Positions 26,211 through 39,100 of a stretch of 64,000 nt of DNA are shown here, piece after piece. Numbering within the stretch: the stretch's first letter is position 1; each line of letters starts with the position of its first letter. Where the stretch lies: the NCBI GenBank assembly GCA_964016885.1, contig OZ024743.1:331204001-331268000 (forward strand), written 5' to 3'. The DNA is from Eledone cirrhosa (Eukaryota). The notes beneath the pieces were generated by a model, which saw only the letters and a program-made list of their open reading frames with translations, was not told the DNA's origin and ran no database searches. Both the position numbers and the translations under genes were made by a program.

Positions 26211-26752
26211 GAATCCAAGGCCATATTCATATTATATTATGTATAAGATAATAATGTTTCATTTTTAAATGCTTTTATTCTATATCGATTGGCTCAAGGT
26301 ATTTCTCATTGTGTTAGAACTGATTTCAGTGTCAATCTGCTCATAAAATGTGTAGATTTAAATCAAATCATTTCCATCTCTGGGGCACCCAACATCCTAC
26401 TGATATATATATATATATATATAGGTATCCAAGCTGTATTGACCATTACCTTTCTCTTGGACAACATCAGTGGAATGGAGAGGGGAGACTGGTATGCTGG
26501 TTTTCCACAAACAACCTTGTTCGGACTTGTGCCTCGGAGGGGAAATTTCTCAATGCAAATCCCATGGTCATTCGTGACTGAAGGAAATCTTTACCCTAGT
26601 ACTAGAACTATACAAAACAGATGGGATGGTCTCTACTGGAACAACTTTAATCATAGATCCTCTTACTCTAGGCTGACCTGGGTTTAAAAAACAACATTGA
26701 GATTGTAAATTGAAAGTGAGGAAAAGGGATGAAAGCTAAAGAATTTACTTAC

Positions 26753-26862
26753 TCCTTTTAATGTGGCAAACACTGGAACCACAACTTCCTGGTATAGGTC
26801 TTTACATGTTGGGAAGTCAGATGTGATGGTATTTGAAGAAGGAATTCCTGTGGATTTTTTAC
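26753..26862 (-). CDS. PLEKHH1/2: PLEKHH-like exon (G)KKSTG...LYQEVVVPVFATLKG
   Basis: TTAACAG acceptor, GGA|GTAAGT donor, phase 1-0; PVFATLKG resembles the PVYT(A/T)LKG motif recalled from PLEKHH1/2. Confidence 0.85.
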
Positions 26863-27429
26863 CTGTTAATTAAAACATATTATATACTTTAATATCAATA
26901 ATATTTACCACTCAATATCAATTAAATCTGATATCTACCTTGATATCAATGATTTTTATACCACAATATCAATTAATACATATCTACCTTGATATCAATA
27001 ATATTTATACCACAATATCAATTATCACATGATATACAAATATCAATGATTAAATATCAATTATTGCATTGACATCAATAATATTAACCGCATAATATCA
27101 ATTATCATACAATAGCTACCCTCATATCAATATCATTTATCACACAATATCATTTACTACACAATAACATTTATCACATGATATCCAATATCAATTATTA
27201 AATATCACTTACTACAGAGTACACTTTATAATGTGCTGAAACATATGTTGACAGATTCAGCCCCTTGCCTATCAGTGGGGCTCTGAATAAATATTGACTT
27301 GGTCTGTGATGACCCATTCAACCCATGCCAAATGATGATGTTGGAAGAACATGATGATGATGTTGAGACAATAACAATGATATCATTGACTTAATGTCAA
27401 CTACTCCATAATACACAAATACCAATGTC

Positions 27430-27940
27430 TTAACCTTTTCATTACCATATTTTTAATGAATGACACTGTCTATGTCATTAACCCTTTCATTACCATATTT
27501 CTAATGAAAGACACTGTCTATGTCTTTAACCATATCATTACCATATTTCTAATGAAAGACACTGTCGATATCATTAACCTTTTCATTACCATATTTCTAA
27601 TAAAAGAAACTGTCTATGTCTTTAACCCTTTCATTACCATATTTCTAATAAAAGACACTGTCTATGTCATTAACCCTTTCATTACCATATTTCTAATGAA
27701 AGACACTGTCTATGTTATTAACCCTTTCATTACCATATTTCTAATGAAAGACACTGTCTATGTCATTAACCCTTTCATTACCATATTTCTAATGAAAGAC
27801 ACTGTCTATGTCATTAAACTTTTCATTACCATATTTCTAATGGAAGACAATGTCTATGTCATTAACCCTTTCATTACCATATTTCTAATGAAAGACACTG
27901 TCTATGTCATTAACCCTTTCATTACCATATTTCTAATGAA
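27430..27940. repeat. 48-bp minisatellite made of the left terminus of the piggyBac-type MITE; resumes at 28521-28730
   Basis: Unit TTAACCCTTTCATTACCATATTTCTAATGAAAGACACTGTCTATGTCA. Confidence 0.9.
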
Positions 27941-27943
27941 CAA

Positions 27944-28520
27944 TCTATAATAAAATAAAGGGAGGAGTGTGGGACAGCGTCCGTTTTATATTCTTTTATC
28001 CCGTTAGTAAAATAAGTTGGATTACTTTGAATAAATAATGAATGAATATTATGTAATTTATCTACTAAATTTTGTAGCTCTTGATTAAACAAATATTCTT
28101 ATATATAAAGTATTGATTATTTTAAGATTCACTTCTTTAAAATTTTCAAATGTCAACACATCTGGTTAGCGTCCGTTATATTATAACACATATTACATCG
28201 CTTATATAAACGTTCATATATTTGCATCGTTGTATAAGGTTTATATTTAGGTCACTAATTTTCTACTTTTTCGTTTTCAAAACATTTTAGTTTATTATAT
28301 ACCCAGTTTATATATTATATTGTATTTTTTAATGTATCATGGATTACTTTACTGATTACAGAAGAGAGTGTAACACAGACTTCGTTCAATTTCTGTGTAT
28401 ATTGTCAATTACGATTTCATTTGATGTATCATATCTACATGCATATATATTTGTGTATAATATCAATATGCACGCTACACATGCTAGCAGAAAACCACCC
28501 AAAGGGTGGTTTTCTGCTAG
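27944..28520 (+). mobile_element. Non-autonomous Helitron-like element
   Basis: 5' TC(TATAATAAAATAAAG); 3' perfect 17-bp hairpin CTAGCAGAAAACCACCC-AAA-GGGTGGTTTTCTGCTAG ending in CTAG; inserted between A and T with no TSD, within the 48-bp array. Confidence 0.75.
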
Positions 28521-29870
28521 TATTTCTAATGAAAGACACTACCTGTGCCATTAACCCTTTCATTACCATATTTCTAATGAAAGACATTACCTATGTCTTT
28601 AAACCTTTCATTACCATATTTCTAATGAACGACACTACCTACATCATTAACCCTTTCATTCCTATATTTCAAATGAATGACATTGCCTGTTTCTTTAACC
28701 CTTTTATTGTAATATTTCTAATGAAAAACACTTTCTATGGTTTTCAAATAATTTTGAAAATTATCAAGAATTTGGAGGGATTTAATAATATAACTTTCTC
28801 ATTATTGAGTGTTTCGAACAATGATTTTGACATAAAATTATGAGATTTTTAGATAAATTTAAACTTTAAAATAAACAGTTTAGTGATATACAACTAGAAG
28901 TGGTTACAGGTGCTTTCGTATCAAATGGATTAAGTATCAATATCAATCACTACACAGTATCAAAAACCACACAATATCAATGATGCATGCATGGTCCTTG
29001 TAACTCCTGCTGGAGTCGTATACAGCATTTCTAGGACATTTTTAAACCTGGCAGAGCCTATCTCCTCTCCAGGTCTGAATACAGCAGATTTCTTCCATAG
29101 AAGGATAAAGAAAGGGAGAGAATGGAAATGAGAAAGAGATATAGAGGAATAATTGACCTAGTACTAGACTGGTACTTTTTTGTTATCAATTTCGAAAGGA
29201 TGAAAGGCAAAGTTGACTTCAGTGAAATTTGAGCTCAGAGAGCAGAAAGTCAAAACAAATACCACAAACCATTGTATCTAGTGAGGTTACCTAGAATCTT
29301 GCAAGACAAAAGACTACTTACTAATCTAGAATATCTAAGTATCAATAATAAAGTATCAATTATCAGATAACATCAATCACTAACTTTATTAATTGCCATA
29401 CAATATCCAATATCAATTTTATAAACACCAAAGTTCAGATATCAACATCTTAATATTAACTCTTTCATGACTGCATTTCTAATGAAATATACTCTATTTC
29501 AATTAATTAATTAATAATTTTGAGTGATTTACTAAAATTATTAATTATTTAATTACTAAGATAGTAACTTAATGTAAGGTTCTTATATAAAATTATGTTG
29601 GAAACCTTTAAAATAGGTGGTTTTATTTCATAGAACCAGAGCCAGTTTTAGCTGGGTTGGTGAATAAAAGGGTTAATTATCACACAATATCATTGATTGA
29701 TTATTAATTACCTCACAATACCCAATCACCAACCATTAAATATTATTACACAATATCAATGATATCAGTGACTAGATATTAATTACCTCACAAGATCATT
29801 AACTGAATATTAATTATGTCACAATATCCAATTACCAATTATTAAATATAATATCATCATCATATTCCCA

Positions 29871-32800
29871 CAACTGGTGCAGCAGTCGTTGGGATGTTCT
29901 CTAGATGTGCCACTGGTGCAGCCAGTCGTTGGGATGTTCTCTAGATGTGCCACTGGTGCAGTCAGTCATTGGGGTGCCACTGGTGCAGCCAGTCATTGGG
30001 ATGTTCTCTAGATGTGCCACTGGTGCAGTCAGTCATTGGGGTGCCACTGGTGCAGCCAGTCGTTGGGATGTTCTCTAGATGTGCCACTGGTGCAGCCAGT
30101 CGTTGGGGTGCCACTGGTGCAGCAGTCGTTGGGATGTTCTCTAGATGTGCCACTGGTGCATCCAGTCATTGGGGTGCCACTGGTGCAGCCAGTCATTGGG
30201 GTGCCACTGGTGCAGCAGTCGTTGGGATGTTCTCTAGATGTGCCACTGGTGCATCCAGTCATTGGGGTGCCACTGGTGCAGCCAGTCATTGGGGTGCCAC
30301 TGGTGCGGCCAGTCGTTGGAGTGCCACTGGTGCAGCCAGTCGTTGGGATGTTCTCTAGATGTGCCACTGGTGCAGCCAGTCATTGGGGTGCCACTGGTGC
30401 AGCCAGTCGTTGGGATGTTCTCTAGATGTGCCACTGGTGCAGCCAGTCATTGGGGTGCCACTGGTGCAGTCAGTCATTGGGGTGCCACTGGTGCAGCCAG
30501 TCGTTGGGATGTTCTCTAGATGTGCCACTGGTGCAGTCAGTCATTGGGGTGCCACTGGTGCAGCCAGTCATTGGGGTGCCACTGGTGCAGTCAGTCATTG
30601 GGGTGCCACTGGTGCAGTCAGTCATTGGGATGCCACTGGTGAAGCCAGTCATTGGGGTGCCACTGGTGCAGCCAGTCGTTGGGATGTTCTCTAGATGTGC
30701 CACTGGTGCAGTCAGTCATTGGGGTGCCACTGGTGCAGCCAGTCATTGGGGTGCCACTGGTGCAGTCAGTCATTGGGGTGCCACTGGTGCAGTCAGTCAT
30801 TGGGGTGCCACTGGTGCAGCCAGTCGTTGGGATGTTCTCTAGATGTGCCACTGGTGCAGCCAGTCATTGGGGTGCCACTGGTGCAGTCAGTCATTGGGGT
30901 GCCACTGGTGCAGCCAGTCGTTGGGATGTTCTCTAGATGTGCCACTGGTGCAGTCAGTCATTGGGGTGCCACTGGTGCAGCCAGTCATTGGGGTGCCACT
31001 GGTGCAGTCAGTCATTGGGGTGCCACTGGTGCAGCCAGTCATTGGGGTGCCACTGGTGCAGTCAGTCATTGGGGTGCCACTGGTGCAGTCAGTCATTGGA
31101 GTGCCACTGGTGCAGCCAGTCGTTGGGATGTTCTCTAGATGTGCCACTGGTGCAGTCAGTCATTGGGGTGCCACTGGTGCAGCCAGTCATTGGGATGTTC
31201 TCTAGATGTGCCACTGGTGCAGTCAGTCATTGGGGTGCCACTGGTGCAGCCAGTCATTGGGATGTTCTCTAGATGTGCCACTGGTGCAGCCAGTCATTGG
31301 GATGTTCACTAGATGTGCCACTGGTGCAGCCAGTCGTTGGGATGTTCTCTAGATGTGCCACTGGTGCAGCCAGTCGTTGGGGTGCCACTGGTGCAGCAGT
31401 CGTTGGGATGTTCTCTAGATGTGCCACTGGTGCAGCCAGTCATTGGGGTGCCACTGGTGCAGTCAGTCATTGGGGTGCCACTGGTGCAGCAGTCGTTGGG
31501 ATGTTCTCTAGATGTGCCACTGGTGCAGTCAGTCATTGGGGTGCCACTGGTGCAGCCAGTCGTTGGGATGTTCTCTAGATGTGCCACTGGTGCAGTCAGT
31601 CATTGGGGTGCCACTGGTGCAGCCAGCCATTGGGGTGCCACTGGTGCAGTCAGTCATTGGGGTGCCACTGGTGCAGCCAGTCATTGGGGTGCCACTGGTG
31701 CAGTCAGTCATTGGGGTGCCACTGGTGCAGTCAGTCATTGGAGTGCCACTGGTGCAGCCAGTCGTTGGGATGTTCTCTAGATGTGCCACTGGTGCAGTCA
31801 GTCATTGGGGTGCCACTGGTGCAGCCAGTCATTGGGATGTTCTCTAGATGTGCCACTGGTGCAGCCAGTCGTTGGGATGTTCTCTAGATGTGCCACTGGT
31901 GCAGCCAGTCGTTGGGGTGCCACTGGTGCAGCAGTCGTTGGGATGTTCTCTAGATGTGCCACTGGTGCAGCCAGTCATTGGGGTGCCACTGGTGCAGTCA
32001 GTCATTGGGGTGCCACTGGTGCAGCAGTCGTTGGGATGTTCTCTAGATGTGCCACTGGTGCAGCCAGTCATTGGGGTGCCACTGGTGCAGCCAGTCATTG
32101 GGATGTTCACTAGATGTGCCACTGGTGCAGCCAGTCGTTGGGATGTTCTCTAGATGTGCCACTGGTGCAGTCAGTCATTGGGGTGCCACTGGTGCAGCCA
32201 GTCATTGGGGTGCCACTGGTGCAGTCAGTCATTGGGGTGCCACTGGTGCAGCCAGTCATTGGGGTGCCACTGGTGCAGTCAGTCATTGGGGTGCCACTGG
32301 TGCAGTCAGTCATTGGAGTGCCACTGGTGCAGCCAGTCGTTGGGATGTTCTCTAGATGTGCCACTGGTGCAGTCAGTCATTGGGGTGCCACTGGTGCAGC
32401 CAGTCATTGGGATGTTCTCTAGATGTGCCACTGGTGCAGCCAGTCGTTGGAATGTTCTCTAGATGTGCCACTGGTGCAGTCAGTCATTGGGGTGCCACTG
32501 GTGCAGCCAGTCATTGGGATGTTCTCTAGATGTGCCACTGGTGCAGTCAGTCATTGGGGTGCCACTGGTGCAGCCAGTCATTGGGATGTTCTCTAGATGT
32601 GCCACTGGTGCAGCCAGTCATTGGGATGTTCACTAGATGTGCCACTGGTGCAGCCAGTCATTGGGATGTTCTCTAGATGTGCCACTGGTGCAGCCAGTCG
32701 TTGGGGTGCCACTGGTGCAGCAGTCGTTGGGATGTTCTCTTGATGTGCCACTGGTGCAGCCAGTCATTGGGGTGCCACTGGTGCAGTCAGTCATTGGGAT

Positions 32801-34614
32801 CCCACTGGTGCAGCAGTCGTTGGGATGTTCTCTAGATGTGCCACTGGTGCAGCCAGTCATTGGGGTGCCACTGGTGCAGCCAGTCATTGGGATGTTCACT
32901 AGATGTGCCACTGGTGCAGCCAGTCGTTGGGATGTTCTCTAGATGTGCCACTGGTGCAGTCAGTCATTGGGGTGCCACTGGTGCAGCAGTCGTTGGGATG
33001 TTCTCTAGATGTGCCACTGGTGCAGCCAGTCATTGGGGTGCCACTGGTGCAGCCAGTCATTGGGATGTTCTCTAGATGTGCCACTGGTGCAGCCAGTCGT
33101 TGGGATGTTCTCTAGATGTGCCACTGGTGCAGCCAGTCGTTGGGGTGCCACTGGTGCAGCAGTCGTTGGAATGTTCTCTAGATGTGCCACTGGTGCAGCC
33201 AGTCATTGGGGTGCCACTGGTGCAGTCAGTCATTGGGGTGCCACTGGTGCAGCAGTCGTTGGGATGTTCTCTAGATGTGCCACTGGTGCAGCCAGTCATT
33301 GGGGTGCCACTGGTGCAGCCAGTCGTTGGGATGTTCTCTAGATGTGCCACTGGTGCAGTCAGTCATTGGGGTGCCACTGGTGCAGCAGTCGTTGGGATGT
33401 TCTCTAGATGTGCCACTGGTGCAGCCAGTCGTTGGGATGTTCTCTAGATGTGCCACTGGTGCAGCCAGTCGTTGGGATCATCTCTAGATGTGCCACTGGT
33501 GCAGCCAGTCGTTGGGATGTTCTCTAGATGTGCCACTGGTGCAGCCAGTCGTTGGGATGTTCTCTAGATGTGCCACTGGTGCAGCCAGTCGTTGGGGTGC
33601 CACTGGTGCAACCAGTCGTTGGGATGTTCTCTAGATGTGCCACTGGTGCAGCCAGTCGTTGGGATGTTCTCTAGATGTGCCACTGGTGCAGCCAGTCGTT
33701 GGGGTGCCACTGGTGCAGTCAGTCATTGGGGTGCCACTGGTGCAGCAGTCGTTGGGATGTTCTCTAGATGTGCCACTGGTGCAGCCAGTCGTTGGGATGT
33801 TCTCTAGATGTGCCACTGGTGCAGCCAGTCGTTGGGGTGCCACTGGTGCAGTCAGTCATTGGGGTGCCACTGGTGCAGCAGTCGTTGGGATGTTCTCTAG
33901 ATGTGCCACTGGTGCAGCCAGTCGTTGGGATGTTCTCTAGATGTGCCACTGGTGCAGCCAGTCGTTGGGGTGCCACTGGTGCAGTCAGTCTTTGGGGTGC
34001 CACTGGTGCAGCCAGTCGTTGGGATGTTCTCTAGATGTGCCACTTGTGCAGTCAGTCATTGGGGTGCCACTGGTGCAGCAGTCGTTGGGATGTTCTCTAG
34101 ATGTGCCATTGGTGCAGCCAGTCGTTGGGATGTTCTCTAGATGTTCCACTGGTGCAGCAGTCGTTGGGATGTTCACTAGATGTGCCACTGGTGCAGCCAG
34201 TCATTGGGATGTTCTCTAGATGTGCCACTGGTGCAGCCAGTCATTGGGATGTTCTCTAGATGTGCCACTGGTGCAGCCAGTCATTGGGATGTTCTCTAGA
34301 TGTGCCACTGGTGCAGCAAGTCATTGGGATGTTCTCTAGATGTGCCACTGGTGCAGCCAGTCGTTGGGATGTTCACTAGATGTGCCACTGGTGCAGCCAG
34401 TCATTGGGATGTTCTCTAGATGTGCCACTGGTGCAGCCAGTCATTGGGATGTTCACTAGATGTGCCACTCGTGCAGCCAGTCGTTGGGATGTTCTCTAGA
34501 TGTGCCACTGGTGCAGTCAGTCATTGGGGTGCCACTGGTGCAGCCAGTCATTGGGATGTTCTCTAGATGTGCCACTGGCGCAGCCAGTCATTGGGGTGCC
34601 ACTGGTGCAGCAGT
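29871..34614. repeat. 4.7-kb composite satellite of 27-bp and 40-bp (27 + ATGTTCTCTAGAT-type insert) units
   Basis: Highly homogeneous units in irregular order; source of all spurious ORFs at 29945-34691. Confidence 0.97.
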
Positions 34615-36162
34615 CATGTGGGTTTATAAAGATATCACTCACTGGTGAGACATATTTCATGTGGGTTTATAAAGATATCACTCACTGGTGAGACACATTT
34701 CATGTGGGTTTATAAAGATATCACACACTGGTGAGACACATTTCATGTGGGTTTATAAAGATATCACTCACTGGTGAGACACATTTCATGTGGGTTTATA
34801 AAGATATCACTCACTGGTGAGACACATTTCATGTGGGTTTATAAAGATATCACTCACTGGTGAGACACATTTCATGTGGGTTTATAAAGATATCACTCAC
34901 TGGTGAGACATATTTCATGTGTGTTTATAAAGATATCACTCACTGGTGAGACACATTTCATGTGGGTTTATAAAGATATCACTCACTGGTGAGACACATT
35001 TCATGTGGGTTTATAAAGATATCACTCACTGGTGAGACACATTTCATGTGGGTTTATAAAGATATGATGATGATGATGATGATGATCACTCACTGGTGAG
35101 ACACATTTCATGTGGGTTTATAAAGATATCACTCACTGGTGAGACACATTTCATGTGGGTTTATAAAGATATCACTCACTAGTGAGACATATTTCATGTG
35201 GGTTTATAAAGATATCACTCACTAGTGAGACATATTTCATGTGGGTTTATAAAGATATCACTCACTGGTGAAACATATTTCATGTGTGTTTATAAAGATA
35301 TCACTCACTGGTGAGACATATTTCATGTGTGTTTATAAAGATATCACTCACTGGTGAGACACATTTCATGTGGGTTTATAAAGATATCACTCACTGGTGA
35401 GACACATTTCATGTGGGTTTATAAAGATATCACTCACTGGTGAGACACATTTCATGTGGGTTTATAAAGATATCACTCACTGGTGAGACACATTTCATGT
35501 GGGTTTATAAAGATATCACTCACTGGTGAGACATATTTCATGTGGGTTTATAAAGATATCACTCACTGGTAAGACATATTTCATGTGGGTTTATAAAGAT
35601 ATCACTCACTGGTGAGACACATTTCATGTGGGTTTATAAAGATATCACTCACTGGTGAGACACATTTCATGTGGGTTTATAAAGATATCACTCACTGGTG
35701 AGACACATTTCATGTGGGTTTATAAAGATATCACTCACTGGTGAGACATATTTCATGTGGGTTTATAAAGATATCACTCACTGGTGAGACACATTTCATG
35801 CGGGTTTATAAAGATATCACTCACTGGTGAGACACATTTCATGTGTGTTTATAAAGATATCACTCGCTGGTGAGACACATTTCATGCGGGTTTATAAAGA
35901 TATCACTCCCTGGTGAGACATATTTCATGTGTGTTTATAAAGATATCACTCACTGGTGAGACACATTTCATGCGGGTTTATAAAGATATCACTCACTGGT
36001 GAGACACATTTCATGTGGGTTTATAAAGATATCACTCGCTGGTGAGACACATTTCATGTGTGTTTATAAAGATATCACTCACTGGTGAGACACATTTCAT
36101 GCGGGTTTATAAAGATATCACTCACTGGTGAGACACATTTCATGTGGGTTTATAAAGATATC

Positions 36163-39100
36163 AAATTCTTAATCTAGCGTATTTTCAAACCTTAATTCCT
36201 AGCGTATTTTCAAACCTCAATCACTAATTCTAGCGTATTTTCAAAACAAAAAACAAAATCCTTTCCTTCTTCCTTCTTTCGAAACTCCCGCTTACTCGAC
36301 CCCCCCCCCCACCCGCTACTTCGAAGGCATGGCGGTCAAACGCCTAACACACACAACCATCATGCGGCCACTCCCCCCTCTCTCTCTCTCTCTATATATA
36401 TATATATGATAGGAATTCACTTCGCCAAATTTCATTGCTTTGCTGTCCACTCCACGATATTCATGTAACGTAATGTACATATTTTCCTTCATCTCTACCT
36501 CCACAATCCTAATTCCTCATTTCCTAATTCTAGCGTATTTTCAAAACAATCCATATTTCGTATCAAGTCCAAATAGCCAATCTATCGCTAAAACAATCTA
36601 CATTTTTTGTATTTATTAATTGTTAAATACGAAAGTTTTTGGTCGTATTGAACAGAACAAATTTTGTATTTTTGTTAATCGCTTGTTAAATGTGCAAGGA
36701 CCCCATTCAAATCATTACCTCCTATCTAGCTACCCAACACCCCTCCCTCCCGCCCCCACGCACCACCACTGCTATTACGTGGACCAATCATAAGCCAGAG
36801 CCCCCACGAATCACCAGTATTATTACGCGGACCAATCAGAAGCCAGAGGCCTATACTATCGCTTGCCTGGTTGCCTTTCGATATATGATGGATGGATGGA
36901 CTGCGGAATCCTGGAGAGTGGAGGAGAGAGAGAGAAAAATCTGGACGCTCAGCGACAATGCCAAAGATAAAGACAAATTCACCTCTTGGACGAGAATGCG
37001 AGCACTCCTCATTGTTTTGACCGCGGATGGCTAACATAACCCCATCGCCCCCCGCCCTCCACCGCCCCCAACCCCCAAACGCAATCCAAAACTTCAGAGT
37101 TGGTACCATAAATGTAGGCACCCTAAAGGGTCGCGCTAACAAGGTTGTAGAAATGCTTGAACGTAAGGAGGTCGATGTTTGTTGTATTCAAGAGACCAGG
37201 TGGAGGGGTGGGTCTGCTAGGTTCATTGTGGGTAAAAAACGATGTTATAAGCTTTTCTGGGTGGGAAACGACGATGGGCTGGGTGGAGTAGGAATCATGG
37301 TAGCAGAAAAGTGGGCAGATAAGATAATAGACGTAAATAGAGTGAACGACAGAATAATTAAAATACGACTTGTCCTCAATAGAACTACGGTGACAGTAAT
37401 ATCTGCGTACGCACCCCAATCCGGACTGCCCGGCACTATAAAAGACAGATTCTATGAGACACTGATGCTAACTACCTCCAAAATATCCGACAGTGACTAT
37501 ATAATTATTGCAGGCGACCTAAATGGTCACGTTGGACAACATTGTGACGGCTACGACGAAATCCATGGAGGCTATGGGTTTGGTACTAGAAATGAGGAAG
37601 GCTCCAGAATCCTGGAATTCTGTGATGCAAATAACCTAACTATCTGTAACACTAACTTCAAAAAACGTGACAATCACCTGATCACCTATAGATCCGGGGA
37701 ACACACAAGCCAGGTAGATTATATCCTTACCAGAAGACGTGACAGAGTGTCTGTTGTAAACACTAAATCCCTCCCCCATGAAGAATGCACCTCCCAACAT
37801 AGACTGATAATTAGCGACCTCATAGTCAGGACGAGACGTACTCGACAGCAGAAGAGGACTATCCTCAGGAGAAAAATATGGAAGCTAAAGGACCCCACAG
37901 CCAGGAATAAATTTCAAAGCATATTACTTGATGCTTTCGACAGTAAGGAGGAACATTTAGAGTCGGACAATATAGAGGGAGAGTGGGAATTTCTGAAAGC
38001 AAACCTGCTGTTGGCGACAGACGAAGTCTGTGGCTGGAGCAGGCCTGTAGGCAGGAGGAGAGTAACATGGTGGTGGAACAGTAAGGTGGAGGGGTCAATT
38101 AAGGCCAAAAAGCAGGCTTGGAAAGTATGGCGGGATGGGGGAAGTAGAGAAGACTATCAACTGGCCAGGAGGGAAGCTAGGAGACAAGTGTACTTAGCAA
38201 GAAGGGAAGCTGAGGAAAGAAAGTTCAAGCATGTTCTACAACGCGATGACCAAAAACGTGAGGTGTTCAGGATTGCTAGGCAATGCGTCAAGGAAAACCG
38301 TGATATTGTCGGGGAGAAGTGTGTACTAAACGACGATGGCACACTTGCCATCACCGACGCTGATAAGAAGGTAGCTTGGAAGTGTCACTATGAAAGGCTA
38401 CTAAATGAGGAGAATAAATGGGAGAAAGACAGTCTCCCCCATATCGACCCAATAGAGGGACCAGCAGTGTTAGTCGAGGGGAGTATAATAAGTAAGGCAA
38501 TCAAGGATATGAAGACGGGTAAGGCGGCTGGGCCTTCGGAAATAGTTGCTGAGATGCTGAAGGCATCTGGCACGGTGGGACACACCATGGTCACCCGCAT
38601 AGTTAACCAAGTCGTACAGAATGGGGTTGTTCCAAAGGACTGGCATAGCAGCATCATCGTTAACTGTTATAAGGGTAAAGGAGACGCCCTAGATAGGAGT
38701 AACTATAGAGGCATTAAATTAATCGACCAGGTCATGAAGGTCACGGAAAAAGTAATAGCGCAACTAATCAGAGAGAGAATTGACCTAGATGAAATGCAGT
38801 TCGGGTTTGTGTCAGGCAAAAGTACCACAGACGCTCTTTTCATAGTACGACAACTACAGGAGAAGTACCTAGCTAAAGGTAAACCCCTCTACTTAGCTTT
38901 TGTCGACTTGGAGAAAGCCTTCGACAGAGTCCCCCGCTCCATTATCTGGTGGGCTCTTAGAAAACTAGGCGTTGACGAATGGCTTGTGAGGGCTATACAC
39001 GCCATGTATAAAGAAACAGTCAACAAGGTTAGAATTAACAACGAATATAGTGAAGAGTTTAGCGTAAAAGTTGGCGTCCATCAGGGCTCTGTTCTCAGCC

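Noticed and set aside
29945-34691. Dozens of Cys/His/Trp-rich repetitive ORFs (CHWCSQSLG, GATGAASHW, TGCTSGTP)
   Set aside because: Translations of the 27/40-bp satellite in all frames; frame broken by every 40-bp unit; no splice or codon evidence
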